Assembly: GCA_964521095.1 (NCBI GenBank)
Contig: CAZFPJ010000001.1
Coordinates: 132,149 to 196,148 of the forward strand
Source: an uncultured Candidatus Saccharibacteria bacterium
GTDB lineage: Bacteria; Patescibacteriota; Saccharimonadia; Saccharimonadales; 2-12-FULL-41-12
Length of the DNA: 64,000 nucleotides
Reading direction: 5' to 3'
Shown: positions 51,653 to 61,757 of the stretch, piece after piece
Numbering within the stretch: the first letter of the stretch is position 1
Layout of the letters: the number at the start of each line of letters is the position of its first letter
Translations under genes and position numbers: made by a program
Notes under the pieces: generated by a model
Database searches by the model: none
Seen by the model: the letters and a program-made list of their open reading frames with translations, nothing else
What the model was told of the DNA's origin: nothing

Positions 51653-52567
51653 ATGACACCAGATGAATTTACCAACAAAGAATTAATGTTGCCAGTTGGC
51701 GATGGGCATAAACTATATGTTCATGACTGGGGCAAAAAAGATGCCAAATACCCGATTGTCTTTTTGCACGGTGGGCCAGGCAACGGGTTTAGCGACGGAT
51801 ACAAACAACGATTCGTGCCAACCAGGCAACGCGTGATATTTTTTGATCAACGCGGATCGGGCAAAAGTACTCCTGGTGGATCAGTCAAACACAACACGAC
51901 TCAAGACATAGTAGAAGACATCCAAAAAATTACCAACCACCTAAAGCTCCAAAAATTTATTGTAGCTGGTGGCTCTTGGGGGTCTTGTCTGGCTTTTGCT
52001 TATGCTATCAAATACCCAGAGCAGATTCATGCCATGGTACTTGGAGGGATATTCACCGGTACGCAAGCAGAAAACGACTTTTTGTTTAAGGGTGGTTACC
52101 AGGGTTACTTCCCAGATGTGTGGGACGATTTTTTGGCGCGCACGCCAAAGGAGCACCACAACGACCCATATGACTACCACATCAAGCAGGCTTTTAGCAC
52201 TAACAAAATCAGTGCCAAAAAATCCATCTATGCCTTTGCGCAGGTTGAACACGCGCTACTGCGACTAGACGACCGTTTTAGCCCAGATAGCTTTGAAGAG
52301 TTTGATCCAAATGGCATGAAAATCGAGATGCATTACATTAAAAACAATTGTTTCCTGCCAGAAAACTACATCCAGAACAACGCCCACAAACTCAAAATGC
52401 CTATCTGGATGGTCCAGGGGCGTTACGATAGTGTTTGCCCGCCAATTACCGCCTATAATCTGCATAAAAAACTACCGAACTCAGAACTCATCTGGACTAC
52501 TGCTGGACACGCCAACGACCGCGCGAATTACGATGTTGCACGGACACTACTCTTGTCCCTAACTTAA
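51653..52567 (+). CDS. proline iminopeptidase-like alpha/beta hydrolase (S33)
   Basis: VFLHGGPG ... GGSWGSCLAFAYA is the S33 nucleophile motif, with a C-terminal His region. Confidence 0.6.
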   Translation: MTPDEFTNKELMLPVGDGHKLYVHDWGKKDAKYPIVFLHGGPGNGFSDGYKQRFVPTRQRVIFFDQRGSGKSTPGGSVKHNTTQDIVEDIQKITNHLKLQKFIVAGGSWGSCLAFAYAIKYPEQIHAMVLGGIFTGTQAENDFLFKGGYQGYFPDVWDDFLARTPKEHHNDPYDYHIKQAFSTNKISAKKSIYAFAQVEHALLRLDDRFSPDSFEEFDPNGMKIEMHYIKNNCFLPENYIQNNAHKLKMPIWMVQGRYDSVCPPITAYNLHKKLPNSELIWTTAGHANDRANYDVARTLLLSLT

Positions 52568-52606
52568 AAATCTAAAGAGCTACTGCTTGCGTGCCACCCG
52601 CAAAAT

Positions 52607-53575
52607 TTGTTTAATAAACACATGGAAATGGCAAATCCAGAAAAATTACCTACCGAGGCACCATACCCGGCTCTATACGAAGTCAATGAGGCCCCTGAAT
52701 TTATCGAGCCAGATCCCACTATCGAAGGCGTAGACTCTCACGCAGAGCGAACCATACTGTATCTACTGGCACAACCAACTTTCCAGGTCGCACACCCTAA
52801 GGCGTCTGCAGAAATACGAGGCGCACTGGACTTAACAAAAACACAATGGGAGAAAACCTGCAGAATGCTACGAAACCAAGGAATAATTGCTCCTACTAGC
52901 GCATCTGACTCAATATATGATATCCAGCTAGACCCCGTTGCCATTGTAGACAAAGGCCTAGGAAAGCAATTTGTAAGCATACGAGTGCTTGGCGCTATCG
53001 AGCAAAAAGCTCACTTGATACCAGATGATTTGGTCGACCCGCAACAACCTAGCCTAGAAACAAGGGTCAGGAGCGCCCGTCTGCGAGCAACTAACCAAAA
53101 AGAAAGAAAAGAGTCACTACAAAAAGCCCAAGACGAACTAGCTGACAAACGACAAGAGACAGAGCATTATAAAATATTAGCTACTCAGGTTTTCAAACAG
53201 GTAGATATAAAACAGAAATCTGTAAGAATAAACAACGGCAGAGCATTGGTTTTCCAGTTTCCAGGATTTGCTACTCGTTATGACCCTAACCATTTTGCAG
53301 AACTCAACCCTCTACATAAAGCGCTCCTAAGCATAGGTAATGCCTCGACTTTTCAGCAAAATGCCGAGCAACACAAACAATACATAGACAAACTAATCAA
53401 TAAAAATGTCACCCCACCCACAACTCTATCAAGTATGGCAATACAGAGAATAATTGAGCAGGGCATGAGTCTCAACTTGATAGAGGGAGAAGATGAGAAA
53501 TACAAACTACAAGCAGACGGTATCGGCGTCTTAAAAGTTATGCGCGCCGATAAAATAAGCATGAAATTTTTCTAA
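52607..53575 (+). CDS. hypothetical protein
   Basis: 322 aa with no motif recognised. Confidence 0.3.
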   Translation: MFNKHMEMANPEKLPTEAPYPALYEVNEAPEFIEPDPTIEGVDSHAERTILYLLAQPTFQVAHPKASAEIRGALDLTKTQWEKTCRMLRNQGIIAPTSASDSIYDIQLDPVAIVDKGLGKQFVSIRVLGAIEQKAHLIPDDLVDPQQPSLETRVRSARLRATNQKERKESLQKAQDELADKRQETEHYKILATQVFKQVDIKQKSVRINNGRALVFQFPGFATRYDPNHFAELNPLHKALLSIGNASTFQQNAEQHKQYIDKLINKNVTPPTTLSSMAIQRIIEQGMSLNLIEGEDEKYKLQADGIGVLKVMRADKISMKFF

Positions 53576-53701
53576 AATTCTGTTAGAAACCTTACAAAAA
53601 TTTTGTAATAAAATTCATAGATGATACTCTAGCTCATCTGTAATATAAAGGTGTATTGATGATTAATATTATGTGATTCGGGGCATCAATACGGTCAACT
53701 T

Positions 53702-53800
53702 TTAAGCAAAAAACGCCACAAGCGAAGTTCGAAGCTGGAGCACAAACAATATTTTATCCAGCTAAACGCGACGATTCGAACCGCCAGAGCGTTTTTTGCT
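53702..53800. terminator. long imperfect hairpin (probable bidirectional terminator or structured RNA) between the hypothetical gene and the histidine kinase
   Basis: GCAAAAAACGC...AGCTGGA-loop-TCCAGCT...GCGTTTTTTGC. The outer 11-bp and inner 7-bp arms are perfect, with flanking T/A runs. Confidence 0.4.
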
Positions 53801-53868
53801 TTTTATAAACTTTGTAATAAATTTTACGAGAAACTAAGTAGCTTTACCGTATCATGTGACACAAGTTT

Positions 53869-55617
53869 ATGTTTTATGTAGAACTACCCAAAGTCAAAAA
53901 ACCCAGAGCAGGCCTTATGCCTATCCTGCCTACGGCTATCATTTTTGTAGCATTAATGTCTAGCACTCTCTGGGTGTGGGGTAATGCCCACAACAGAGTG
54001 GATCAAGATCGCAAAGATATAGTCAAAAACAATATAGATGAAGCAACTAGTAAAGTTAATGACCGCATCAAAACTTATGAAGAAATTATGAGAGGGGCTA
54101 GCGGTCTGTTTATTGCATCGGATAATGTAACCGCCGACGAATGGAAAACTTATGTAGAGACCTTTAACATCAAAGACAGATACTCTGGTGTTCAAGGGAT
54201 AGGGTACGCACCAATAGTGTCAAACGATCAAGCATCTACCTTTACTCAAGATGTTATTCTACAAAACCCATCTTTCCAGATACACCCACCTAGCAACAAG
54301 CAATACTTTGTGCCTGTCTTGTATTTTGAGCCATCATCTCCCACAACAAGATACGGCTATAACCTCAATAGCGAGCCAGCCAGAGCTAGCACTATGGATG
54401 AAGCTGTTCGCACCGGGACATTTACCCTAACTCCACTATTAGAATCGGTTATCGACCCTGCAAAAAGCCAAAAAAGCTTCATCATATACTATCCTCTATT
54501 CAAAAAAGGGCTACCCACGAACACAGTAGGCCAGCGAACAGAGGCTAGTAATGGCTTCGTATTCGCCCCATTCCGCCTAGATTCGCTACTGTCTAACATA
54601 AGTGACGGTAGCCAAGACCAGCTCGGCTTTAGGGTTTATAGCAGTAGCGACCACTCTGAGAGCAATAAACTTTATGAGACTGCAAACTTTAAGTCACTCA
54701 ACAGCAACCCTGGCAGACAGATGAATACAACCTCGTTAAAGCTATATAACCAAACATGGACATTTGACTTTGTTAACACCCCTAATATTGGTACGCCAGA
54801 AGTCAGACAGCGCCCTATGACCGTATTAATAGCAGGCGTCCTGGTTAGTTGTTTGATCTCTTTCTCTGTATACATGCTCTTGGCTTACCGAACCAAGGTT
54901 ATGGCCTATGACGAAGAAACGAAGCTACAGAGCGCAAAAGATGAGCTTCTAGCCTTGGCCTCCCACCAGCTACGAACGCCAGCTACCGGTGTCAAGCAGT
55001 ATGTTGGCATGCTCCGTGAGGGGTTGGCTGGAGATATTACTCACCACCAGAAACAGTTACTAGACAAGGCGTATGCCAGTAATGAACGGCAGTTAGCAAC
55101 AGTTTCCCAGATGCTGTCTGTTGCTCGCATCGACAGCGGGAACTTGCAATTCGATAAAGTAGACACCAACATATCAAAGATGCTCCACGACATTGTTGAT
55201 GAACAACGCAAATCCATAAAGGACAAAAATCAAGTACTCACTACCCATATTGCACGAAAAATTCATGCCAAAGTAGACAGACAGCATCTCCGGATGGCTA
55301 TAGAGAATTTGCTTAATAACGCTAGTAAATACACACCAACTGGAGGCAAGATATCTGTACGACTGATCGACGAAGGTCAGACTCTGAGTATAATCATCCG
55401 TGATCAAGGTGTAGGTATAAGTCCAGAAGATGTGCCTTTGCTGTTTAAAAAATTTGTTCGTATACCGAACAGCCTCACCAAAAAAGTTCCGGGTAGCGGG
55501 CTTGGCCTCTACCTGGCAAAAAATATTACAGAGGCGCACTCTGGAGAGATTGGCTTTAAATCTGTAAAGGGCGAGGGCACAACCTTTACCATAACCCTGC
55601 CAAAAACTGGTGAGTAA
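53869..55617 (+). CDS. sensor histidine kinase with a large extracytoplasmic sensor domain
   Basis: TM, a ~290-aa periplasmic domain, TM, an H-box ALASHQLRTPAT, and an ATPase GSGLGLYLAK. Confidence 0.8.
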   Translation: MFYVELPKVKKPRAGLMPILPTAIIFVALMSSTLWVWGNAHNRVDQDRKDIVKNNIDEATSKVNDRIKTYEEIMRGASGLFIASDNVTADEWKTYVETFNIKDRYSGVQGIGYAPIVSNDQASTFTQDVILQNPSFQIHPPSNKQYFVPVLYFEPSSPTTRYGYNLNSEPARASTMDEAVRTGTFTLTPLLESVIDPAKSQKSFIIYYPLFKKGLPTNTVGQRTEASNGFVFAPFRLDSLLSNISDGSQDQLGFRVYSSSDHSESNKLYETANFKSLNSNPGRQMNTTSLKLYNQTWTFDFVNTPNIGTPEVRQRPMTVLIAGVLVSCLISFSVYMLLAYRTKVMAYDEETKLQSAKDELLALASHQLRTPATGVKQYVGMLREGLAGDITHHQKQLLDKAYASNERQLATVSQMLSVARIDSGNLQFDKVDTNISKMLHDIVDEQRKSIKDKNQVLTTHIARKIHAKVDRQHLRMAIENLLNNASKYTPTGGKISVRLIDEGQTLSIIIRDQGVGISPEDVPLLFKKFVRIPNSLTKKVPGSGLGLYLAKNITEAHSGEIGFKSVKGEGTTFTITLPKTGE

Positions 55618-55689
55618 AATATCTTACAGAATACTATATATTAACAACCTAGACTGAGATGATTGCTAAACTTAAAAAGCAAGGGGACA

Positions 55690-56055
55690 ATGGCAAAAAT
55701 TCTAATTGTCGAAGACGAACACATACTTAACGAAGCCTACCAAACGATCCTAAAAAGCAAAGATCACGAGGTAAAAGCAGCTTACGACGGATTAGAAGCC
55801 CTCAAAATTACCAAAAAATTCACCCCCGACATTATATTGTTAGACCTTCGTATGCCAAGACTCGGTGGCATCGACTTCTTAAAAAAGTTTGACCCGAGCA
55901 CAAATTATCCAAATACAAAGGTTATCATCTTTAGCAACCTAGACATGGAGTCAGAGATAGACGAAGCCTACGACCTAGGTGCGCACAAGTACATTCTCAA
56001 AGCTTGGGCCTCACCCAAAGAATTACTTCGCATTATAGACGAAGCTCTCGTCTAA
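55690..56055 (+). CDS. single-domain response regulator (CheY-like receiver)
   Basis: MAKILIVEDE...DIILLDLRMP...K. RBS AAGGGG. Confidence 0.75.
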   Translation: MAKILIVEDEHILNEAYQTILKSKDHEVKAAYDGLEALKITKKFTPDIILLDLRMPRLGGIDFLKKFDPSTNYPNTKVIIFSNLDMESEIDEAYDLGAHKYILKAWASPKELLRIIDEALV

Positions 56056-56058
56056 GCT

Positions 56059-56724
56059 TTATCGTTGCAGGTCAACACTCTTAAAACTGTCTTCGCCCAT
56101 GGCTTCGAGAAGCTTGTCTATGTCTACGCTATACTGCTGGTTCGCATAGCTTATCACTTTTCTACTGCGCAACTTATTCAACTCAACCGCGACTGTCTCG
56201 CGGGTCAACCCTACTAGCCCGGCGATGTCTTGGTGAGTTAACTTGAGATCTATGTTGCTTATATTTTTGTTAACTCTACCAAAACGACGAGCCAAATAAT
56301 AAAATGTAAATAGTAGCTTATCTATTGCCCGAGCTTGCTCTAGGGCAGTCACCCTCAATAGCGCCGCTGTATACCCGGAAACATACTTGTCAAGGAACTT
56401 GGCTGTCACCGATGGGTTGTCGTCAACGAACGCCTTAAAGTCCGACCGAGGAACCATAACCACCTCACAATCAGCTATGGCTTCATAGAAATAAATGGCA
56501 CCGGCCGTCCTGCCAAAAGCCCAAGATGTAGACAGCACATCACCAGGAAGATGAAAGGTGACAATTTGTTCCTCGCCCTGATGCGAAATATTAAAAGACT
56601 TTGCCACGCCCTTTGTTAATACGAAAACCGCTCTGGGCACCTCGCCCTGATACAAAATAGTCGAGCCCGAGCTATAGCTTCGTGATCGCCCATTATCTAA
56701 TAACGGCTTCAAGGTTTTAAGCAA
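56059..56724 (-). CDS. Crp/Fnr-family transcriptional regulator
   Basis: An N-terminal cNMP-binding beta-barrel and a C-terminal HTH (…IAGLVGLTRETVAVELNKL). Confidence 0.75.
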   Translation of the reverse strand: MLKTLKPLLDNGRSRSYSSGSTILYQGEVPRAVFVLTKGVAKSFNISHQGEEQIVTFHLPGDVLSTSWAFGRTAGAIYFYEAIADCEVVMVPRSDFKAFVDDNPSVTAKFLDKYVSGYTAALLRVTALEQARAIDKLLFTFYYLARRFGRVNKNISNIDLKLTHQDIAGLVGLTRETVAVELNKLRSRKVISYANQQYSVDIDKLLEAMGEDSFKSVDLQR

Positions 56725-56778
56725 AATATCACCTCTTATTTGTTACACCTACATTGTACCCGACTTAACCGAGATTCG

Positions 56779-56794
56779 TGTAATTTTTATTACA
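56779..56794. promoter_or_regulatory. CRP-like palindromic operator TGTAAT-N4-ATTACA
   Basis: Perfect 6-4-6 palindrome (TGTAA-N6-TTACA) in the crp/small-ORF intergenic region. It resembles the CRP consensus TGTGA-N6-TCACA. Confidence 0.5.
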
Positions 56795-56875
56795 TGCCGT
56801 TTGTAATAATCCTCGCAGACAGCCACGACATTAAATAGTTAGTATGTAAGAGCTTACAACATGAAGGAGGTGATC

Positions 56876-57061
56876 ATGTACGAGCATATGTCAACAAGCG
56901 AGTTAGACGCACGCATCCATGCATTTTTGTATCGGAAGCAAGAAAGGCTCGAAGAGCTCGAGAAGCTAGATACTCAAAGCCTAAGCCTAGAGGATCCTAG
57001 CGAGCAAAGAGAGCTAGATCGACACGGATGGCTAACCCCATCCACTAGCGCTAATTTGTGA
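56876..57061 (+). CDS. small hypothetical protein (61 aa)
   Basis: AAGGAGG lies 6 nt upstream of the ATG at 56876. The product is acidic and helical. Confidence 0.3.
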   Translation: MYEHMSTSELDARIHAFLYRKQERLEELEKLDTQSLSLEDPSEQRELDRHGWLTPSTSANL

Positions 57062-57142
57062 ACAGAAAATAAAATGCACACGAACTAGCCCGTAGTTTAA
57101 TTTGGCATAAAAAGATAATACTAAACTAAAGGAGGGATCAAG

Positions 57143-57244
57143 ATGTACTATGCGTACAATCAACGACCTTATAAACGACAAAAAATACACTTAAACTCTA
57201 ACGATGTCGACCAAGTGATTCGTGAATTTGGCGACGAAGCCTAA
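57143..57244 (+). CDS. micro-ORF (33 aa, basic N-terminus)
   Basis: AAGGAGGG RBS with correct spacing before ATG 57143. A terminator follows immediately. Confidence 0.25.
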   Translation: MYYAYNQRPYKRQKIHLNSNDVDQVIREFGDEA

Positions 57245-57269
57245 ACAAGAACCGTCAATACCATATACA

Positions 57270-57310
57270 AAAGAGCCGTAAAATTTAATACGGCTCTTTT
57301 GTTTTTTTGT
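57270..57310 (+). terminator. rho-independent terminator
   Basis: AAAGAGCCGTA-AAATTTAA-TACGGCTCTTT hairpin followed by TGTTTTTTTG. Confidence 0.6.
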
Positions 57311-57367
57311 TGTTGAAAATGCTTTAGCTTGAGAGTACAATAAGGGTGTCGCATTAATAAAATAAAT

Positions 57368-58369
57368 ATGCACGAACAAATACCAACAAAAGAACACCCA
57401 CCGGTTAAATATTTAGATTCATTAGAGTCGAACACTCCAGGGCTAGAGCTGGGTGAATACATTGACAATAGATTTGTTGTAGCTAAAAAACCAGATATGT
57501 GGCTAAGCCAAGAAGAACTGACCTCTGGCATTCATAATGTTCCCATAGCCACTACCGCCTCTTCCGACCTCTATAAAACTATCGACCTAGCCACCGCCGA
57601 GGATGTCGTTGTCAAAATTAGCCGAAATGATGACCAAGAATCATCGGCCAGACACGAACGAGAAAGAATAATATCCGAAAGCCTAGTGCACCCTCACATC
57701 ATACCCGTAGTATCCAGTGGTATCCATGTGTTTGAAAACGGCATCGAGAGGCCTTATATCGCCACAGGGTACGCTAAAGACGGCGACATTAGGCGAGAAA
57801 AGGCATCAGATGAAGAGCATGCTCAAAAAATCATTAATCACCTCGCTCAGATAGCTGTCGCTCTCGAGTATGTTCATGGTCAAGGCATAGTTCATAGAGA
57901 TGTCAAGCCACACAACATTTTATCCGATGGCAATAATGCTTATTTGTGCGACTTTGGTATTGCTACGCCAATTTTCGATCAATCCGAGCAAGAACCTCTT
58001 ATCAAAACACCGGTCGCCGAAGAAGCCAGTCATTATCAACAAACTCGAGAGGGCAAGGTTGTTGGATCAATTTCATATATGTCGCCTCAACGAGCAGAAG
58101 GCAAGCCAGCTACTCCGGAAGATGATATTTTTGCCCTTGGTGCCACCGCTTTCCAAGAACTTGCCAACACTTTTGCTTTTGAACCCCTGAACAAGAAGTC
58201 AAAGATAGAAGCATTCCCGTATCACCATACCGGCGATCCGATAGGCAGAGAAAACTTGCCAGATTTCGTACCCAAAGAAGCCGTCGATACAATTTATGCT
58301 GCCATAGAGAAAGACCCAGACAATCGCCCAACAACCAGCGACTTCGCTTCCTTGCAATTAGCAGCCTAG
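57368..58369 (+). CDS. Hanks-type Ser/Thr protein kinase
   Basis: Catalytic loop HRDVKPHNIL, DFG, and VKISRND (VAIK equivalent). Confidence 0.75.
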   Translation: MHEQIPTKEHPPVKYLDSLESNTPGLELGEYIDNRFVVAKKPDMWLSQEELTSGIHNVPIATTASSDLYKTIDLATAEDVVVKISRNDDQESSARHERERIISESLVHPHIIPVVSSGIHVFENGIERPYIATGYAKDGDIRREKASDEEHAQKIINHLAQIAVALEYVHGQGIVHRDVKPHNILSDGNNAYLCDFGIATPIFDQSEQEPLIKTPVAEEASHYQQTREGKVVGSISYMSPQRAEGKPATPEDDIFALGATAFQELANTFAFEPLNKKSKIEAFPYHHTGDPIGRENLPDFVPKEAVDTIYAAIEKDPDNRPTTSDFASLQLAA

Positions 58370-58423
58370 ATATACCAAGCACTGACTTCTTCTGATAGAA
58401 TATTATCTGTCAGGAGTTTTTGA

Positions 58424-61270
58424 ATGCTAAAAAATAAATCATTATTAAGTTTGTTTAAAAAAAGAGTAAAGCAATCCGATGAAACACCTAGCCAAAAGCT
58501 AAGCCTATTCTTTTTTGATAGACCCAAGATAACTGCCATCCTGTGGGTGGCTCTAATAACTTTTGGAGCACTTAGCTACACCACTTTTCTAAAGAGAGAG
58601 GGATTCCCAAGTGTTCAGACTCCATATGCCTTTGCACAAGGAACCTACTTGGTTAATGACGCCTCTAGGGTAGACAATGAAGTAGCAAAACCCCTGAGCG
58701 AATTCCTCCTCAGACAAGAGGGAGTCAAGCAAGTTCAAACACAGAGTTTCGATAACTTCTATACAGTAGTTATCTCTTATCAAGAGGGTACTAACGCCGA
58801 GACTAAAAGCAGTAGCCTTGGGCAAGATATTGCTAACAAAAAATTATTGCCAGAGAACGCCCAAACCAAGTTAGAAGCATATAAATTTGGCTTTACCCCC
58901 CGGGGAGACAATATGGTATTGGCATTTTATGGACACGACAACCAATCTACTGCCGAACTAGCCCCGAAGGCCAAAGAAGCTTCTGACTTTATAAAATCTC
59001 AAAATCTGAGCTTAGTCCAAGATATATCTGTTATTGACCCCTTTCAAACTGCGCCTAACCCCTTAACCGGACAGACAGAGACAACTCAAAAGAACTTTGA
59101 TCGTTTTGGCCAAAGACAAAACAACCAAAACAAGTTCCATAACTCCGTTAGTATCGGAATCACCGCAAAGAAGGGAGCCGATAATCTCGAACTAGACAGA
59201 CAAGTCCAGGGAGCCCTAGACAAGCTAAACCGCGAACCCAGCTTACAAGACTATCACACCCTAGTCAGTGCTAGCTTCGCACCACAAATTAACGACCAAA
59301 TTAGCGAACTACAAAAATCACTGCTAGAGGGTTTAATAGCTGTGTTGATTGTTGGGTCTATCGTTATCGCTCTACGCGCCTCACTAATAACTGTCGTCGC
59401 CATGATTACTGTCATTGCTATCACCAATGCCATCTTGTTCATAACGGGTCATTCACTGAACACCATAACCCTATTTTCCCTGATACTTGGTCTGTCGCTT
59501 ATTGTGGACGACACCATCATTATGGTCGAAGCTATCGACGCCCAAAGAAAAAAACAAAAAACCCCAAGACAGGTTGTCGCGGTCGCCACCCGCAAAATCA
59601 GTCGGGCAATGATCGCCGCCACCTCAACGGCAGCACTCAGTTTTGCTCCTCTGTTATTCGTAAGTGGTATCTTGGGCACCTTTATTCGTTCGGTGCCGAT
59701 AACTATCATCTCGGCTCTTGTAACCAGTTTGCTTGTAGCTCTAGTTTTTATACCGTTTTTTGCTCGCTTCATACTGCTTCGCAAGGGGCAGTTAGGTAAA
59801 TCAAGCAATAGAGAATTCTCGGCCAAATTTGAGGCATCGGTTGCAAGGTTTGTCTCCCGGCCAATGATCTGGGCCAAAGGTTCTAGCAAAAAACTAATCA
59901 GTGTTGGAGTAGTCGCAGTATTAATTGGCCTTGGCTTTATTGCCGGCAGTGGCTTGATAATGCAAAAAGTGACCTTTAATATATTTCCGCCCACCAAAGA
60001 CTCTAACCAGTTAATGGCAACCATAAAGTTTGCACCCGACACAACCATCGAACAAGCCGAGGCTACCACAGACAGGGCTAACAAAATATTTGGAGACATT
60101 ATTGGTGAGAATTTTATACAAACTGCTTATTATGGACAGGGAAGCGTAGAGAGCGCAGTAGCCTATATAGACATAACTAAATACACAGACAGAGACATCC
60201 GCGCGCCCCAAATTGCCGACAACATCAATAATGCCTTTACCGGATTTCAGGGGGCAAGAGTAGAGGCTAATCTAGCAGATATAGGACCGCCAGCCTCTGC
60301 ATTTTCGGCCCGGATTGACTCATCAAAAAACAGAGATAGCGCTATTAAACTTGCCAATGACATAGCTAGTAGTCTAAACAACACGAAGATTAAAAGGACC
60401 GATGGCTCAACCGTAAAATTCAAGACCGTGGTAGTCACCAATCCCAGCATTCAAACTCGCGAAAACAATAAACCCTATGTTGAAGTAACTGCAACTTTTG
60501 CAGACAAAGACACCACCACACTCGTCAACCTAACCAAGCAAGCCGTAGAAAAAGAATTCACCAAAGACAGGGTTGCCAGCTACGGATTAGACAAAAACTC
60601 CCTAAGCTTTAACTTTGGGCAAGAGGACGAGAACCAAGATAGCTTCAAAACGCTAGCTCTAGCTTTCCCGGTCTTACTTTGTGTCATATACATTATGTTA
60701 GCCTTCCAGTTTAAAAGCCTTCTGCAACCATTGCTCATATTTTTGGCGATTCCATTTAGTCTATTTGGTATAACCCTTGGACTATACTTAACAGACAATG
60801 CTTTTAGCTTTTTTGCTATGCTAGGCTTTTTTGCGCTTATTGGTTTGTCTATCAAAAATACAATATTACTGACCGATTATGCCAACCAGGCAAGAAAAGC
60901 TGGTATGGGGCCGGTAGATGCCGCACACGAGGCACTAGCCGAGAGGTTCCGTCCACTAATTGCAACCAGCCTAACTGCCGTCTTCTCGCTCATCCCGCTG
61001 GCTATTACCAGCCCATTCTGGGAAGGCTTGGCCGTCGTACTTATTGGAGGACTACTATCCAGCACCCTGCTAGTAATTCTAATATTCCCATATTACTACC
61101 TGATCAGCGAGTTCTTGCGTAATAAGATTTCACGAGGCAAGGGGCTAAGCTGGATAATCATTACCATCGTCTTAGCTATAGCCATATCTAAACTGTCAAC
61201 CAACCTAGCTCTTAGCGCACCTATTATATCGGCAGTTATCTTGCTCGTATTTAGGAAAGTCAGAAAATAG
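58424..61270 (+). CDS. RND-superfamily transporter permease (AcrB/MMPL-like)
   Basis: 948 aa with a 12-TM topology and two large loops. LSLIVDDTIIMVEAID matches the conserved RND TM4 motif. Confidence 0.7.
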   Translation: MLKNKSLLSLFKKRVKQSDETPSQKLSLFFFDRPKITAILWVALITFGALSYTTFLKREGFPSVQTPYAFAQGTYLVNDASRVDNEVAKPLSEFLLRQEGVKQVQTQSFDNFYTVVISYQEGTNAETKSSSLGQDIANKKLLPENAQTKLEAYKFGFTPRGDNMVLAFYGHDNQSTAELAPKAKEASDFIKSQNLSLVQDISVIDPFQTAPNPLTGQTETTQKNFDRFGQRQNNQNKFHNSVSIGITAKKGADNLELDRQVQGALDKLNREPSLQDYHTLVSASFAPQINDQISELQKSLLEGLIAVLIVGSIVIALRASLITVVAMITVIAITNAILFITGHSLNTITLFSLILGLSLIVDDTIIMVEAIDAQRKKQKTPRQVVAVATRKISRAMIAATSTAALSFAPLLFVSGILGTFIRSVPITIISALVTSLLVALVFIPFFARFILLRKGQLGKSSNREFSAKFEASVARFVSRPMIWAKGSSKKLISVGVVAVLIGLGFIAGSGLIMQKVTFNIFPPTKDSNQLMATIKFAPDTTIEQAEATTDRANKIFGDIIGENFIQTAYYGQGSVESAVAYIDITKYTDRDIRAPQIADNINNAFTGFQGARVEANLADIGPPASAFSARIDSSKNRDSAIKLANDIASSLNNTKIKRTDGSTVKFKTVVVTNPSIQTRENNKPYVEVTATFADKDTTTLVNLTKQAVEKEFTKDRVASYGLDKNSLSFNFGQEDENQDSFKTLALAFPVLLCVIYIMLAFQFKSLLQPLLIFLAIPFSLFGITLGLYLTDNAFSFFAMLGFFALIGLSIKNTILLTDYANQARKAGMGPVDAAHEALAERFRPLIATSLTAVFSLIPLAITSPFWEGLAVVLIGGLLSSTLLVILIFPYYYLISEFLRNKISRGKGLSWIIITIVLAIAISKLSTNLALSAPIISAVILLVFRKVRK

Positions 61271-61310
61271 TCTATACTGCGAGATAGCTAACTTTAAGGA
61301 GAGGCCAGAA

Positions 61311-61745
61311 ATGTCCAGCAATAACAACGATATCAACAATTTTATGCCCAAGATTGAAATTCCTGCATATTTACGAATTAGTCGGGTATTAACCTACATC
61401 ATGTACGCATGGGTTGTATTTGGAATAGCAGTGATCCTCATGAGAGTATTTTTGCTAGCTTTCTCGGCAAATTTGCAGGCTCCCTTTGCTAAGTTCGTCT
61501 ATACTACATCCAATGACTATCTCGATCCATTTCGAGGCATATTTCCACCTCGTCACATAGGCGAAACAGGGTACCTAGACATCACTGCGCTATTTGCTAT
61601 TATTGTTTATCTATTTGTAGCCTGGCTATTTTCGTCTTTGGTGGTATTTGTGCAAAGCAAAATCGACCAAAACATAGAGGCTCAACAAGAAGGCTTCCGG
61701 GCCAAGCTAGCCAATACTATCCGTGGCAACACCAAAAAGGCCTAG
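61311..61745 (+). CDS. YggT-family membrane protein
   Basis: ...LDPFRGIFPP....G.LDITALFAIIVY matches the YggT signature. Confidence 0.45.
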   Translation: MSSNNNDINNFMPKIEIPAYLRISRVLTYIMYAWVVFGIAVILMRVFLLAFSANLQAPFAKFVYTTSNDYLDPFRGIFPPRHIGETGYLDITALFAIIVYLFVAWLFSSLVVFVQSKIDQNIEAQQEGFRAKLANTIRGNTKKA

Positions 61746-61757
61746 GACAAAAACACT

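Noticed and set aside
59449-60099. 216-aa minus-strand ORF inside the RND transporter gene
   Set aside because: It is antisense to a conserved 948-aa transporter with no independent signals.
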